Assembly (NCBI GenBank): GCA_051362555.1
Contig: CM120640.1
Span: 62,908,788-62,972,787 of the forward strand
Reading direction: 5' to 3'
Source: Lingula anatina
Taxonomy: Eukaryota; Animalia; Brachiopoda
Length of the DNA stretch: 64,000 nucleotides
Position 1 is the stretch's first letter; the number at the start of each line of letters is the position of its first letter. The notes beneath the pieces are model-generated. The model was not told the DNA's origin. It was given only the letters and a program-made list of their open reading frames with translations, and did not search any database. Made by a program: the position numbers and the translations under genes. Positions 1-13,200 of the stretch are shown in pieces.

Positions 1-49
1 ATACAGTAAAAGTGTGAGGACTGGACCTCCTTGTGAGTCCTGGTGGGTG

Positions 50-1780
50 CTGTAGTCAGGATAATGTGTTGGACAAAAACGGTTTGTACATGTAATAACA
101 GACCTGGCTGTGCCTGGCCATAGTATGCCCCAATGCTGTTCAGTTCACGTGAACTATCAAGTCAGAGACACTGCTGGTATTGTGATATCCTTCTTTGACA
201 TACCTGGCTCCCCTTCGCTGCACCTTTTCCACGTCTTTATGTTTCTCAAGGTGTGTGGATTCCACTTGAGCACAGGTCAAACATTGGTGTTAAAGGTCTT
301 GGTATCTTTGTTACTTATGTTTAGAATTCTTTTTACCATGTCCAATACCGCGTTAGCTTTGCTTGCTGGCATATCTGTATGGAGTTTGTTATGTTTGTTA
401 TGTATGTTTTTTTATGTTTTACCTAGGTATTTTGCGGAGTTGACCGTCTTCAGCATGCGGCCATGGAGCTTAAGTCCATAAATTACAGGGTTCAACCGTC
501 TTCTCATTTGGAGATGTTCAGATTTTATAGTTTAACTGCATGGCCCACGGTTTTTTTCAACTGGTCTCAACGGTCTAGGTAGTTCTGTTATTTAGTGACT
601 GGTTACTTTTAATAGACTTATGGTCACCGAGCATGAGAACATTTTTGAATAGGTCACAGCGTAATCAGTAAAGAGCCTAAGTTTGCATCTTAGACCAAGT
701 GGAAAGTCGTTGAAGTGTAAATGGAATAGGACCGGTCCCAGTACTGTGTCCTGGGACACCCCAAACACCGCACTGGCCAGACCCGACTGCTCCCCATTAA
801 GGCCCCTATTTCACACAGACCACGAATCCCACGAATCGCCAGGAATTGACAAATTTCAGGATTCGAGAGGATTCGTGAGATTTTGCCAATTTTCTGGTCT
901 AATTCGACACGTTCACGATTCAGTTACGATACGGGTACGATAGTGTTACGAATATTCGTGGAATTCGGCTGGAATCGTGAGATTTTGCCAATTTTCTGGT
1001 CTAATTCGACACGCTCTACGATTCAGTTACGATACAGGTGCGATAGTGTTACGAATATTCGTGGGATTCGGCTGGAATCGCACGAATATTGTCCAGAAAT
1101 TCACTACAATTTTTTGGAATCGGGAGTTCGTGGCCAAAACTTTGAACAGCTCAAAATTTTTGCCACGAAGTCCCAATTGATCAAGAATTGCAAGAACTGA
1201 CTACGATTATATGCGAATCTGTTAAGAACTTCACGAACTGGTTACGATTCAACCACGAATCCTGAAATTTTCAATTCCTGGCGATTCGTGGGATTCGTGG
1301 TCTGTGTGAAATAGGGGCATCAAAGCTTTTGCCACCAATTCCTGTTGGTCAAGAATTGCAAGAACTGACTACGATTATATACGAAGCTGTTAAGTACTTC
1401 ACGAGCTGATTACGATTCAACTACGAATCGTGAAATTTGTCAATTCATGGCCATTCGTGGGATTCGTGGTCTGTGTGAAATAGGGGCATAACAAACACAC
1501 ATTGTGGTCTGTTGAAGAAGGACGAGTTAATCCGTTGAAGCATCTGGTCCTTAATGGCTTAGTGGGAGAGCTTGTGTAAGATTGTTCTATGGAAAACCTC
1601 ATCAAAGGCTTTAGGAGAATCCAATACTGGTGTGTCGCACTTTCCGCCATTTGTCACATCGTTTGCTATGTCATGTATAAATGTGATCAGATTGCTTTCG
1701 CCAGATCAACTAGGACGGATTCCGTATTGATAATCATATAATATTTCATGCTTGTCCAGGTACTTAAAAACATTGGTGTT
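50..1780 (-). mobile_element. Decayed CR1/L2-clade LINE reverse-transcriptase fragment, interrupted by a MITE at 801-1488
   Basis: Minus-strand remnants LDSPKAFDEVFHRTILHK (cf. LDFSKAFDKVPH), NRPQCVFVNGEQS...GVSQDTVLGPVLF (cf. GVPQGTVLGPLLF) and KYLG; frameshifts and stops present; boundaries approximate. Confidence 0.8.
801..1488. mobile_element. PIF/Harbinger-like MITE with TAA target-site duplication and a duplicated right end
   Basis: Left TIR GGCCCCTATTTCACACAGACCACGAATCCCACGAAT... (801-864); its reverse complement occurs twice (ending 1318 and 1488); TAA at 798-800 and 1489-1491; internal ~102-bp tandem repeat (about 874-975 / 976-1080). Confidence 0.88.
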
Positions 1781-4700
1781 CGTTTAAGTCACACTATCAC
1801 TTAGTGATGCATTCGTACCTATGATAAACTCACCAAAAACGAAGGTCCGCGTTCTTCCGAGATTGGTTTAGATTGCACAATCAATGAATGGAAATTCTAT
1901 GAACAGATGCGCATCCCTTTTTAAAGCACTTTAAAGGTGTGGTTTCTGATAATTAAGTTCATCCTATAATTTTGCTTTGGTAGATTTTCTGAAGTGCTAT
2001 GGAAAGTGAATTTATTAGCGTTCTTTTGTTGGAAAATCAATCTTTCTGGTTATGCTATCGGTATTTTACCTTTCAACTCCAGCATGATTATGTAGCCATA
2101 AATCTTGTACTAGTTCTCATCAACAGAGGATGTATATGTTGTACATGTATAATATGTTACTTTTTTACTACAAATATATCACAAGCTGCAATGTCCAGAA
2201 TATTGCTTACGAGGAAGACCTATGGATCTTTTCCAATACTACCTTGAACCATGGAAGATTTACTTTAAGATGTAAATACACCTTAGATTGATCTCGGTAC
2301 GAGGGGTCAGTAAATGTTACCTGGATAATTTGCCTTTGTTTGCTGGCGTGGGCGGGAATTCATAAATGAAAACTGCCAAAGTCTCTCATTATTTCAATTA
2401 TGAAACCTTTTCCTGGCATGTTAAAAACAACCAAAACGGTCATGGAATAAGCGAGAAGATAAATAAATCAACGAGATGGTAAATGCATATGTAAATAAAT
2501 AATGCAAAAACAGACAAACGAAAGAAACAAACAAGCAAAGTTGTCTGGAAGAGTTAAATTTCAACAAAATGGCCAAGTTGTTTTAAGTAGAATATTTCAC
2601 AATAGCAGTTATGCTGGGTACAACAGGTGTTTGAAGCTCCGACATTGAAGATGAGCCCAGCAACGGTTCAGCACATTGCAAAAGGCCGCGTGTAACAGTA
2701 TAAATCGTAGGCCTTCATCCCATAATAGCCAAAGTATACGTTATCTGTTAAACGGGGATTGATGGCAACCATACATGTCTATTTAATTTATTGGAATTCT
2801 GAAGAAGTGTTTTTTTGTATGTGTGTTATCTTTATTAACATTGTCAGGGCTTTGGTTTTGGGATAATTGCAGTCTTTTGCAAAATCTGTTGACTGTTAGT
2901 ATCAAATTCCCTTCATTGAATCATATGACACCACCAATATGCGTTCTTACGTCTATATACCGGTATATGGTCATGGTGCCATTGCATTAATTGTTTTTTT
3001 ATACTTTACAGAGATCAACTAGCCGCCACATGTCAGAGTAATTTTTCTAACCTTGTTACATACAACATATGTCCCGTGTTAAAATACATGTAGCAAAGTG
3101 CCCATGTCCTCACATGTCACTCCCGCTGGCCTGCCATTGTGCCATGTAATCAATGTAAATGGAGCCAACTAAAACAGACAAAATATGTTTGATGTGAACA
3201 AAGTATCTACGCTGCGCAAACACCATTAGTATCAATTTATTGTTATTATTAAAAACTGAGTACCATTCTATTTTGACGTCTGTTTGGTTTTCACTGCAAC
3301 TTGTTTTGGTCGGATTACATGTGTTTTGATTACGTTATTGAATTACCCTTATTGACATGATCTGGTAAGGTTGTTGACGTAACTGACACATTATTCGGTT
3401 GCAGCTCATCAACTGATAACGTGACCTTCACCTTCGCCTGTCATTTCACCAAATGTTAACGTTGTTCCATGCATCAATGTTAAAAGGTGTTACAATCTCA
3501 GAGTGCCGAGGAGTTTGAAAAAATACCAGACGCTGGTTGAACCGGACATTTGAAACCTGCTGAGGTCTCCTCAGAATCCCCACAATTTGTTTTGAAGCAG
3601 CTTTAGACAGTTTTCTAAACCAATTGCTCTTCCTTGGATCGGAGCCAATATGTTTTCATATTGATAGGAACTTTATGTTTTGTCTCTCGCTGTCTGTGCA
3701 AACCTGATCATTTGTGATAAATGAGTCGACTTTATTTGATTGTAAGTGAAATATGAGAAGAGCTGACATAACAATCACCGCTATTTAATGACAAAACACA
3801 TGCAGATCTCACATATTATTTACATGATCCAGTTGGCACATTTGAAGAACAAAATAGTTCTTGGTCCATTCTTGAGGATAAATATTCCTCATCTGTGAAC
3901 GGATATCTACCGTCCATTATTCTGCATACGTTTCTATCGTCAAATTTGATAGAACATTGAATTTGATACCAGTACAATTTTTTTTTTTTTTGCTTTTACT
4001 AAGGCGCCAGATAATTTTTTCTCTCCTTTGAAAAATGGACATCGTACAATTGAGCAGCCAGAAATCTTCAGAAAATCCAACACAAATTTTAATATTCTTC
4101 ATCTTTAGATTTATTACCAATATACAACCAAAAACATTTAAAATCATTTAATCTTATCATTTTTATTGACGAAAGTTTCTTATTATGGAAATTTAGAGTT
4201 TTTAAAAGGACTGGACCCGTGTGTAGGCAATCTATTTTAACTTTTGGTTGGGAAATTTGTTAGTTTACACTAGTTTATGACAACCTTTGCTTACATTAAT
4301 GTAATTTTATCGTATCTGTTTACCCTTTTCTGAATTCATTTTGTACATGATATACGTTCACGTTAAACATCTTCTATACTTTCATATTTCACAATGAGTA
4401 TTTAAAGCTGGTCTTGTCTGGCTGAACTTCTTTATTTCCTTTTGCTCATATCGAAACAAACACTGGCAAGGGCATTAATCTACGACATTCTTGAAAGCTT
4501 TGGAAAATAAGATGGATTGAAAATTAAGTTTCATATCATTGTAAACACGTAATTTTTCAGAGGGAAAATGGATTTTACATTTGATCAGTTTTACTTGATC
4601 AGTGTAGCGGAACATGTTCTCCATTCCATCACAATCAAACGCTTCTGATTTCATTAACTGAACGTAATTTTTTTCACATGGGTCTTGGGAATTCCCATAA

Positions 4701-5049
4701 AATTAATATCCGAGTTTGTTATTTTTCTTCGCTCGACTAGTCCTGAATTATGATTAGCAAAAGCACTAACACTTTATAGAGTCATTTTCAATTCATCAGG
4801 AAAGTGACAGACAATGACTGGCAATGAAATTAAGGCCAACGCGTATGGAATGTAACGAGATAAAATTATTTGGAAGCAGTTCTTTTTTCCCACGCCCCTC
4901 TTCTTACACGACAACAATTACGAGAAGTGGCTTTTATGTGTTGAGTGCTTAATTATAATACTTATTAATTATAAGTCATTAATAAAAGTTGCACTTTCTT
5001 TTGGCTCAATTATTGTTGTAAAAAAATTCAGAAGACCTAAAATATATCT

Positions 5050-5059
5050 ATTGGCCAAT
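5050..5059. promoter_or_regulatory. Palindromic double CCAAT box (ATTGGCCAAT), possible promoter element of the ITPR-like gene
   Basis: Motif about 450 bp upstream of the candidate UTR exon; position only. Confidence 0.2.
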
Positions 5060-5505
5060 CATCGTCTTTGTTTATACCACGTGGATATTCAGTGGATACA
5101 GAACTCCTGCTCAGCACTATCTAGACAACTGGTAACATTGGTAATGCAATCTAAGAATGGCAAGAGAGGTGGCTCAGGTTCGGTTAAGTCAATATTTTCG
5201 TAACTGAGACAATGGCAACAAAAAGTGATGCTGTACACCAGAAAGAACAGTTTCCTGTTCCTTAATGTAACTTAAGGCCTAAATGGTCTGCGTTAATATT
5301 TGTACCCATACCTCTGGGTTCTGGAAGCTTTTCATGATCCCTCCATTAAAAGTATTTAAACAAGCAACAAAGCACTATCTACCTTTGATCTTAATCTGCT
5401 ACGCAATAGATGTGCTAAAGCGCCTAAAACAAGAAACGTAATAGCGTGACATAAAGATCAATTGCACATGATTTTCTTGCATACTGGGCCTATTCTCAAC
5501 TTCAG

Positions 5506-5532
5506 GTTCCCAAGAGCATCTACAAACGACAG
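5506..5532 (+). other. Candidate 27-nt 5'UTR exon of the ITPR-like gene
   Basis: tattctcaacttcag|GTTCCC...CGACAG|gtatga. The first coding exon begins at an acceptor (ttccag, 7159), so an upstream UTR exon is expected. Confidence 0.4.
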
Positions 5533-7226
5533 GTATGAATATTTTATTGTGTGCACCGTAATCATTTCACCGCTTTCTATTTTTGGCCAGTCGATCAAAA
5601 CCGCAGGTATTTCCAGACTTGGATATCTTAGGTTGGGTTTTTGTTTATCTTAAAATTAAGCTTAAACTAGCTTAATTTCTAGAACCTTGTGCTTTAACGC
5701 ATATTAATCATATTTTAAAACCAGGTTTATATCAGACTATGCCAATGATGCTAAATCAGCATTTTTATTTTTTTTGTTTTGTATATGATTCTATGGTACA
5801 TAAGCACGCAATTATTCCCCCATGAAAATGCTGCCAAGACCAGGCCTACCACTTCACGGAAATTGTCTATAGAGAAAATGAACGTTCATATTTTGGTATC
5901 AAATCCCACGCTATTGCATGTAATTGCATTTACACTTTCCTGTTATCTTAGTGAACTGCGCCAGTTCCAGTGAACGGCGCGCTCGGTAGCTCTATAATAT
6001 TATTTGCCATGTTTTTGTGGTATCTTAACTATGGTGCCAGATCTCAAGGGGCATGTCCCAAAAGACAATAGAAGTTCATATCAATGCGCTTGAAGTAAAT
6101 ATTGTCAATATGATATAATTTGCCTTTGTCGGTCTGAAGTGAAATAGATAACATGGTGAAGATAATTAGAGGATAAAAAACCACATAATGCGATGTATAC
6201 CGTCCATGTGGTAGAATTTTTTTTCCTTTGTGTACATGTAGCATACAAATGTGTCTATTTGATCCGAAAAATTGGCCCACATATGATGGAGTATTCGGTT
6301 CTCTCCATAGTGGAGATGTATTTTACAAACAGAAAGTATATATTTTAATGATACTACATGTATAGATGTATATCCCTCTATCAGCAGCGACTTGTATGTT
6401 GGTCGGTTCTTACAGTGAATCACTGACACCATTTATGTTGTACTGGTATTCTATATGTTTTCGTTGAAATCGGTATGAATAAAACTGATTGACTGATAAA
6501 AGTGGCGTAAAACACGTAACATTTTTAAAAAGAATTACCCGGTATGTGGTTAATTTTTTTGTGATCCCATCAAAATAATGTAGAGAGGTAAAATGTCATA
6601 TCTCAAAGAGAATTCACGAAGGAAGAGGAGAACCGATATGCCAAGCAGAAATGGCAGCATAACTTGTTACTGCAACATTTATACCCATGAAAGTGTAGAG
6701 TGACATTGCCAAAGTCTAGACAATTGTGGTAGCTAGGCAGAGTTAAAAAACAAGCCCGTGTGCCCTGTGGAATCGAACGCACTTAACTACTCCCGAGTAG
6801 TTATATTATACCTATTCTTTCGACAACTAGTCCCATACTTTGACTCCCCGCCACGCCCTACTGGATTTCTCTTAAAGCAAGTGAGCAGTATTACTAATCG
6901 CAACCCCTGAAATCTTGTGACCAATGTAACACATACCCTCTCTCACAGAGTCTTCCTAATTGCAATAGATATATGAAAGCGCGAAAACTGAACCTTGCCC
7001 CTCGACGACATCTGTCTGCAGATGATTCTAACACGACGAGCCAACTGCGCAACGCGGTTATTCACGTGCAGACAATCCGTCACACAAAAGTAGAGCACAC
7101 TGAGTACAGTACAGAACGTTTTCTTTACTATAAATATAATTTTATTCGTTACTTTCCAGATATGCTAAAATGGTGGAATAGGAAAGGTTACGGGTTTTGA
7201 AGGAAAATTCAGTGGACTGTTGGAAA

Positions 7227-10200
7227 ATGGGAGAGTTTTTGTGTATCGGTGACTATATCAGCTTGTTCTGCGAGGAAACTGAGGGATATGTATACAGTTA
7301 TCAGACAAGGTGAGTGTTATTTTGAGGTCTTTGATAACATTGCAGCTATGTAGGTTTTAATACGCTTTACAACACATAGCAAAGTTGCGTGTTTATATAT
7401 AGATGGGTATATGAATAACTGTGCGGTGCGTGATACAAACGGAAATAACCTGAAGAAAATGCAGATCAATGTATGTTTTCTTCTAGCATTTTATTAAAAA
7501 AATTACTATAATTTGGATAATCTCATTTCTAGTTATCTCCGTTAGTTATGATTCACTGTGTATACACTGCAGCCATCTATATCAAAATTTACCTTAGACA
7601 GATTCTCTAACCGTGCCTTTAATACAATCAATTCCCCTTGGTCGTCCTTATTATACATGTATATTTCACAAAACTTTTCTTTGAAAACAAGGATTGATTT
7701 TTTCGGACAGTGAATCTTTTTTGGTCTATTACTCTGTTACGTACTTTGATGAATTAGCAAGTGTCTAATTCTGTAAGATTTTGACGACAGCACGACAAAA
7801 TTGTTTTGTAGCTTGCATTCCAAGGGGAAAATAATAAAGGTGATGATAAAATACACATATAATTAATGGTTTGGCATGCCTGTTAGGCACTTGATTTTCA
7901 AACATGTAAAGGTTGATGGGTGAATTGAGAAACCACTAACTTCGTCAGCATGACAAGATGCTTTTAATGTCACTTTCAATTAGTCTGATCAGAGTTAATG
8001 ATTGGAATATACCGCCCTGATTAGTGGAAAACAAGCGCACGACACGACGCAGACTGCCTGTAAAACGGTTGTCTGGTAGTATGTCGGTAAGGTAAACGAT
8101 AAAAAGAATATTGGCCACTTGATGATTTGTACTGGTCTAAGTGGTGTCTGTTCGTGATAATGTCAAGGTAAAAGAAGCTCTCTGAACCGGTTAAAGTGAG
8201 CCTAACGCTTTTAATTATCCATTTCTAAATGCACCTCAGCACCTGTTTGTGTAATTAGTATGTGTTGCTAAAGGTAAACTGATGCTTTCCGACAGGAGCT
8301 AATTTTTTCATGCTATACAACTGATAGCTGTGGTTTACTGAGCAAGCATTTTGGTAAATATTCTTCTCCGTATTTTTATTTACCTGTTACCGAACAGAAT
8401 ATGCCATATGACCACTTTACAATTCTTATAAAACATTGCTAAAGTCAAGTAGGTGAAAAAAACTACAGGCATGTAAAGACACGATCTTGTTTCCTGTCTG
8501 AAACGGGTTATTATTATCAAGCATCGACATAGATATGTAGGAAATAGCACACGGTTGTCAGATGATAAATTAAGTATGAAGTAATGCAAGCCAGCGTCAA
8601 TACTATTGTTGATATTTATATCATGTAGGTTACCTTTTGAGTTATTAAGAAGTCTAAAATCAGAAATTACCAGCAGAGAAATGCGCAGTGTACTCTCTGG
8701 TTGTGAAGTTAACTTATCATAAACCGACCTTACCCCTATTCTGCGGAAACCTCTTCTATCATTGATCGGTAAATTATCTTCGTAAAATAAAATAATACTT
8801 ACTGAAATGACTTGTGTCCAGTCAGTCGGAGACGCGAGGCAAGTAATCATATAAATATCATCACAACGATATTAACTATGTAAGAACAAGCTATCAAAAA
8901 TAATTACGCCGACAATATCATCGCCAATTTCCATTAAGGTAGCGGTCATTAATAATGAACATGACCGTTAGGCGCAGGATTTCTATAAATTGAATTTGCG
9001 ACTATCTAGAGTCAAGTGTATGTCATTTGCTGGTAAAAAAAGTTTTATGAACTGGACGCTTTATGGAAATCCACGTCCATTTTTAAGGGCTCTTTTGCAC
9101 TGAACTCTAAACAGCATTCCTTGTTTTTTTTCTTGGCTATTTCGATTTTTAAATGTATCTTTATCATCGGGAGGTCTCTTTGTGTTTTTAAAAAGCAGGA
9201 ACTTTTTTGATAATATAGCTTGCAGCCACATACTCGGTACAATGAAAGATGTACAATCAGTAGGAGTGTTAGGGGGTCAAGGTATACTGCAAACCGTTTT
9301 ATTTTCCACCGTGTTTGATATTGCACGCCACCCATATATTTATACATGTACATACCTTGCGTATATTAACCTGTTATACAGCATCAAAGCAATCATAAGT
9401 AGATCATGATCTTGTTTTCGATACGATTATAACTTTTTGACAAGTTTGTAGTGGTGGCTTCCTTTCTTTAATTATGGTTACTTGGATTCCTCTCGTTACA
9501 TCATGGGATTTACCTTAACTCTACACCCATAGGGAAAGAGGAAAAGATCGACCTCAGTGGGACCATAACAAGAAAACAAATTGTGGCTCTGATCAAAGTG
9601 GCGCGTTTTAAAAGTTATTCAGAGTGCCGTCCTGTGTGTAGAACTTATTTACGTTTGCGCTGAAGTGCAACTTACGCTTAAAGCGCATAGTCGGACGCTT
9701 TTAGCAGTCTGGCAAGTCTAGCGATACAGTCACTGGACGTGCACTTCAATTGGGAGTTAAACAAAACATGTCTGCATTGATTTCTATTAACTAATTGATT
9801 TGGAGTCATTACATTGTAGAGCAAGACTCCAGAGACTTTCAAATCTTTGACAGAATTAAATTAAACCTAGTGACGGAAATAATAAGTAAGTAGCGGTGTT
9901 TGAAATTATTTTTTGTACCTTTCAAGGAAATTTGCTTTTTTTCTACCACTATTCTGATTTCCTTGCTAACTGAATCTCCTGAGAATCCGTCAAAGCCCCA
10001 TCCTGAAAAGGGTAGTTTTTCGGTTGTAAAAAGCCTGGGATATATCTCAACTTTCGAATGATATTCCAGGTTTTCAAAAGAAACAATGGTTGAGCTACAC
10101 ACACGTGAGGTGTATAGTCCAAAATAAAAGCATTTAGTTTCTAACAAATGCTTTCTTTCTGTTTTCTCTTAATTTTATATTCAGAAACAATAGGTGAATG

Positions 10201-13200
10201 TTTCACATTATACTAACCCGACTTTGTAAAGATAACAGCATACATCCATATGGGTAACATGTTTTTGAACTCGGTGAAATAACATGCTAAAGGACTATCC
10301 TTTGTAACATCACTGCCCTGTTTCATTTATTTATTTATTTATTTTGTCACTTTTGCCTCAGTAAGCGATCGGTGCGGGCGGTCTGTTATCAATAAACTTA
10401 TCAAATGGATTAATTAGTTAAATATGAATGCTTTGTTTTCGCAGGTGATCAATATATGTGAGTTTATACACCATACGTGTTGTGGGGTTAGCCAGGCGCC
10501 TGTTAGGTATTACATCACTTTGGTTCAGATAAAACATGCCCATTAATAATATGCAACGCTGTTACTGCTATATGCGAAGGCGTGCGGCATTAAAATGATA
10601 GACAGTGTACAGTGTTCGCCTCAGAGCAAGTTGTAATAAGAGAGTTACCTTGTCCTCGAAGTAAAGGAAAGGGGGAAAAGATGCCAACAAAATACCGCGC
10701 GAGCGCCAACTGTCTTAGTTGGCGAATGCCGAAAGGCACTTGCGTGAGTGTAGAAGATGTGCCCTCATGTTCTCACCTTAAATTCTAAATGTCACATTCA
10801 CAAATGAAAAACAGCAGAAATGACTCTCATTTTCGTCATATTTCCTGGCGTAGATAGTGCTGATACTTTATTCGTGATAATTACCGAGTACATGTAAATC
10901 ATTCTTCTGTGAATTAGATTAGTGGCAGAAATATGATGACATTAATAGTGACCCAAGCGTGATTGTACTAAATCAAAAACAACCAATTAATAATTTGTTG
11001 CAGTTAGAAATGCTGTGCTTTTCTACTATTTGTCTGCAGAAAACGAATATGTACCTGTTTTGATTTAGAGTCACTTCTGGTGTAAAAAAGTAATATGAAC
11101 AAGGCGTAAACCTTTCCCGCACTTCTGAACCTCAGGAGGTGAGCTGTGCCTTCACAAAATTGAAGCCGAGCGTTATATCAGCCCAACGACAGGTTTTATA
11201 ATTAAAAGTTACCCGTGAGGTTGAAATGATGAATTGACTGAACGTAAATTAACAGAGATACATTGCCTGAACTCAACGACACTTGCCTAACAGTCTGATT
11301 AGCAACTGTACTCGATGTGGATGTAACCACCTTTTTTCACTAAATCACTATCCGGTTCATGATTAAATACCGTGGGGAGGGGTTTTGAAATGAAGGTCTC
11401 AGTTTACCACTATGAACTACACTGAGTGTATCCCTGGGTGGGGCGATGGACCTTGGTTTTAAAGAGATGTTGAAATATCGCTTTGTACTTAGACTGCACT
11501 TTTCAGAATAAAGTCGAACAGAAAAAGACAGAAACGCGACTTTGGATTTAAAGTAAAAGTGTAAATACTCACTGTTATTTGCCAAATGTCATCTATTCAT
11601 CACTATTTCAAAACACGAGAAATATCAATTTATTTTATTGGTTATTTCTGAATTTTTAGTTAAAAGTCATCACACAAACATGTTGGAATTGTTTTGAACT
11701 TGTTAAATTAGCCTGTCTATGAAGATCATACTGGTATATTTGTCACAAAAAGAACTTTGTTAGCACTGTTCATGTATGGTGATATGTTTTTGTATTTCAA
11801 CCTTAAGCTGCATCTGCTATTTATGAATTCTCTTTACAGTTCTTCGCACAATGGACTATATATTTACCAAGGACAAGACAGAAAGAAGCCCGGAAAAATC
11901 CCGAATCCACATGGTAAACCATGAAAGAGCCTATTTCACTCATTGTCGGAAGTTGTAATTGTATTCTTCCTGTGGACTAATCTGAAGTATTATCTTCTTT
12001 CGCTGATAATTTATATCTTCCGTTTTGCACCTGTATTATAGTACTAGCACCGATTGTTATTGTTATTTTCCTCATTTTGTTTCTCGTTTCAGCTATCACA
12101 TTCCGTGTATGTATCCAAAATCGATACAAACTCAATAAAAAATACCGGAAACTTCTGGCAGCCAGCAGTAAAGATCCGGAAAACCTTGAGCTTAAAGCTT
12201 TGGTAGCTCAGGCCAAGGTATTTTCTTTGACACTGTTTGAACACAGTTTTCCTATTTAACTGTACTTTAACACTTTGCTACTTAAGTTGTAATAAAGCGT
12301 CAACGCTTTCAACAGCGGTGTGTAACTTATTAGCAAATTATTTTAATTAGCTGTCGATTTTAATTCTGACATCTCGTGTATCTTATCCATAAATGAATAA
12401 TATATTTTCGAAATTATAAGGCATAAACAATAATAAACGATTAATTTATTTTCAAGACGTCTGCGAATGCTGAGAACCAAGACAACATATCCGAGCAGAA
12501 ACGGCAACACGGCAAAAGAGTTCGATATGGGGAAATCATTCAGGTATGCAGTTTACTACCATTCTTGAAAATATATCCTCTGCTGACAATATATTGTTCT
12601 AACGTTCTAAAAACGTCTACCAAATGCGTTTCCAGACGTGATTTGTATGGTATTTTTTAATATTGTTCGCTGAAGGACGTACTTTATTGTGATCTTTTCT
12701 GCATTATTTTCAGCTCAAGCACGTGTTTACGGATAAGTATGTCCATATCAGCACAACACAGACAAGCCACAGGGACAAAAATAATATGTTGGTAAGGCCA
12801 TGAATTTAATAAGCGTTTTTCTTATGGCAAGGGGCCTTTGAACATTGGTTACATTGCTTTAATGATATTGATCCGCTGAGTATGGTACAGAATGCAATTT
12901 TTGCTACCGGAGGATGGTATGTTTAACTAGTTATTGCATTAAGAGATAGATAACACCCCTTTTGTAAATGTACATTATGACAGGCATAATCCATATTCAC
13001 TTAGCGATAGGTGTAATTCAGGCTGATAGGATTAAAACAAAATACGGTTTTGTTTTCTCACGTTCGATAGCCGAAGGAAAGGATTACTAGTGGGAATAAG
13101 ATTGCTGCCTTTTCAAGTGAATGTGATTTGAAACGTTGAGAATGTAATGGTAATAACGATATTCAGCTGACAAAATTTATTAAATTATTCTCGTTTCCAG

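Noticed and set aside
874-1080. Repeated units resembling a CRISPR array
   Set aside because: Two adjacent ~102-bp copies without unique spacers inside a MITE, in eukaryotic DNA with no cas genes.
110-1650. ORFs 110-481, 683-943, 883-1200, 977-1180 and 1417-1650 as genes
   Set aside because: They are antisense or off-frame readings of the decayed LINE and the MITE's internal repeats.
8380-8850. 156-aa minus-strand ORF in intron 1
   Set aside because: No recognisable motif or splice context; composition resembles AT-rich non-coding DNA.
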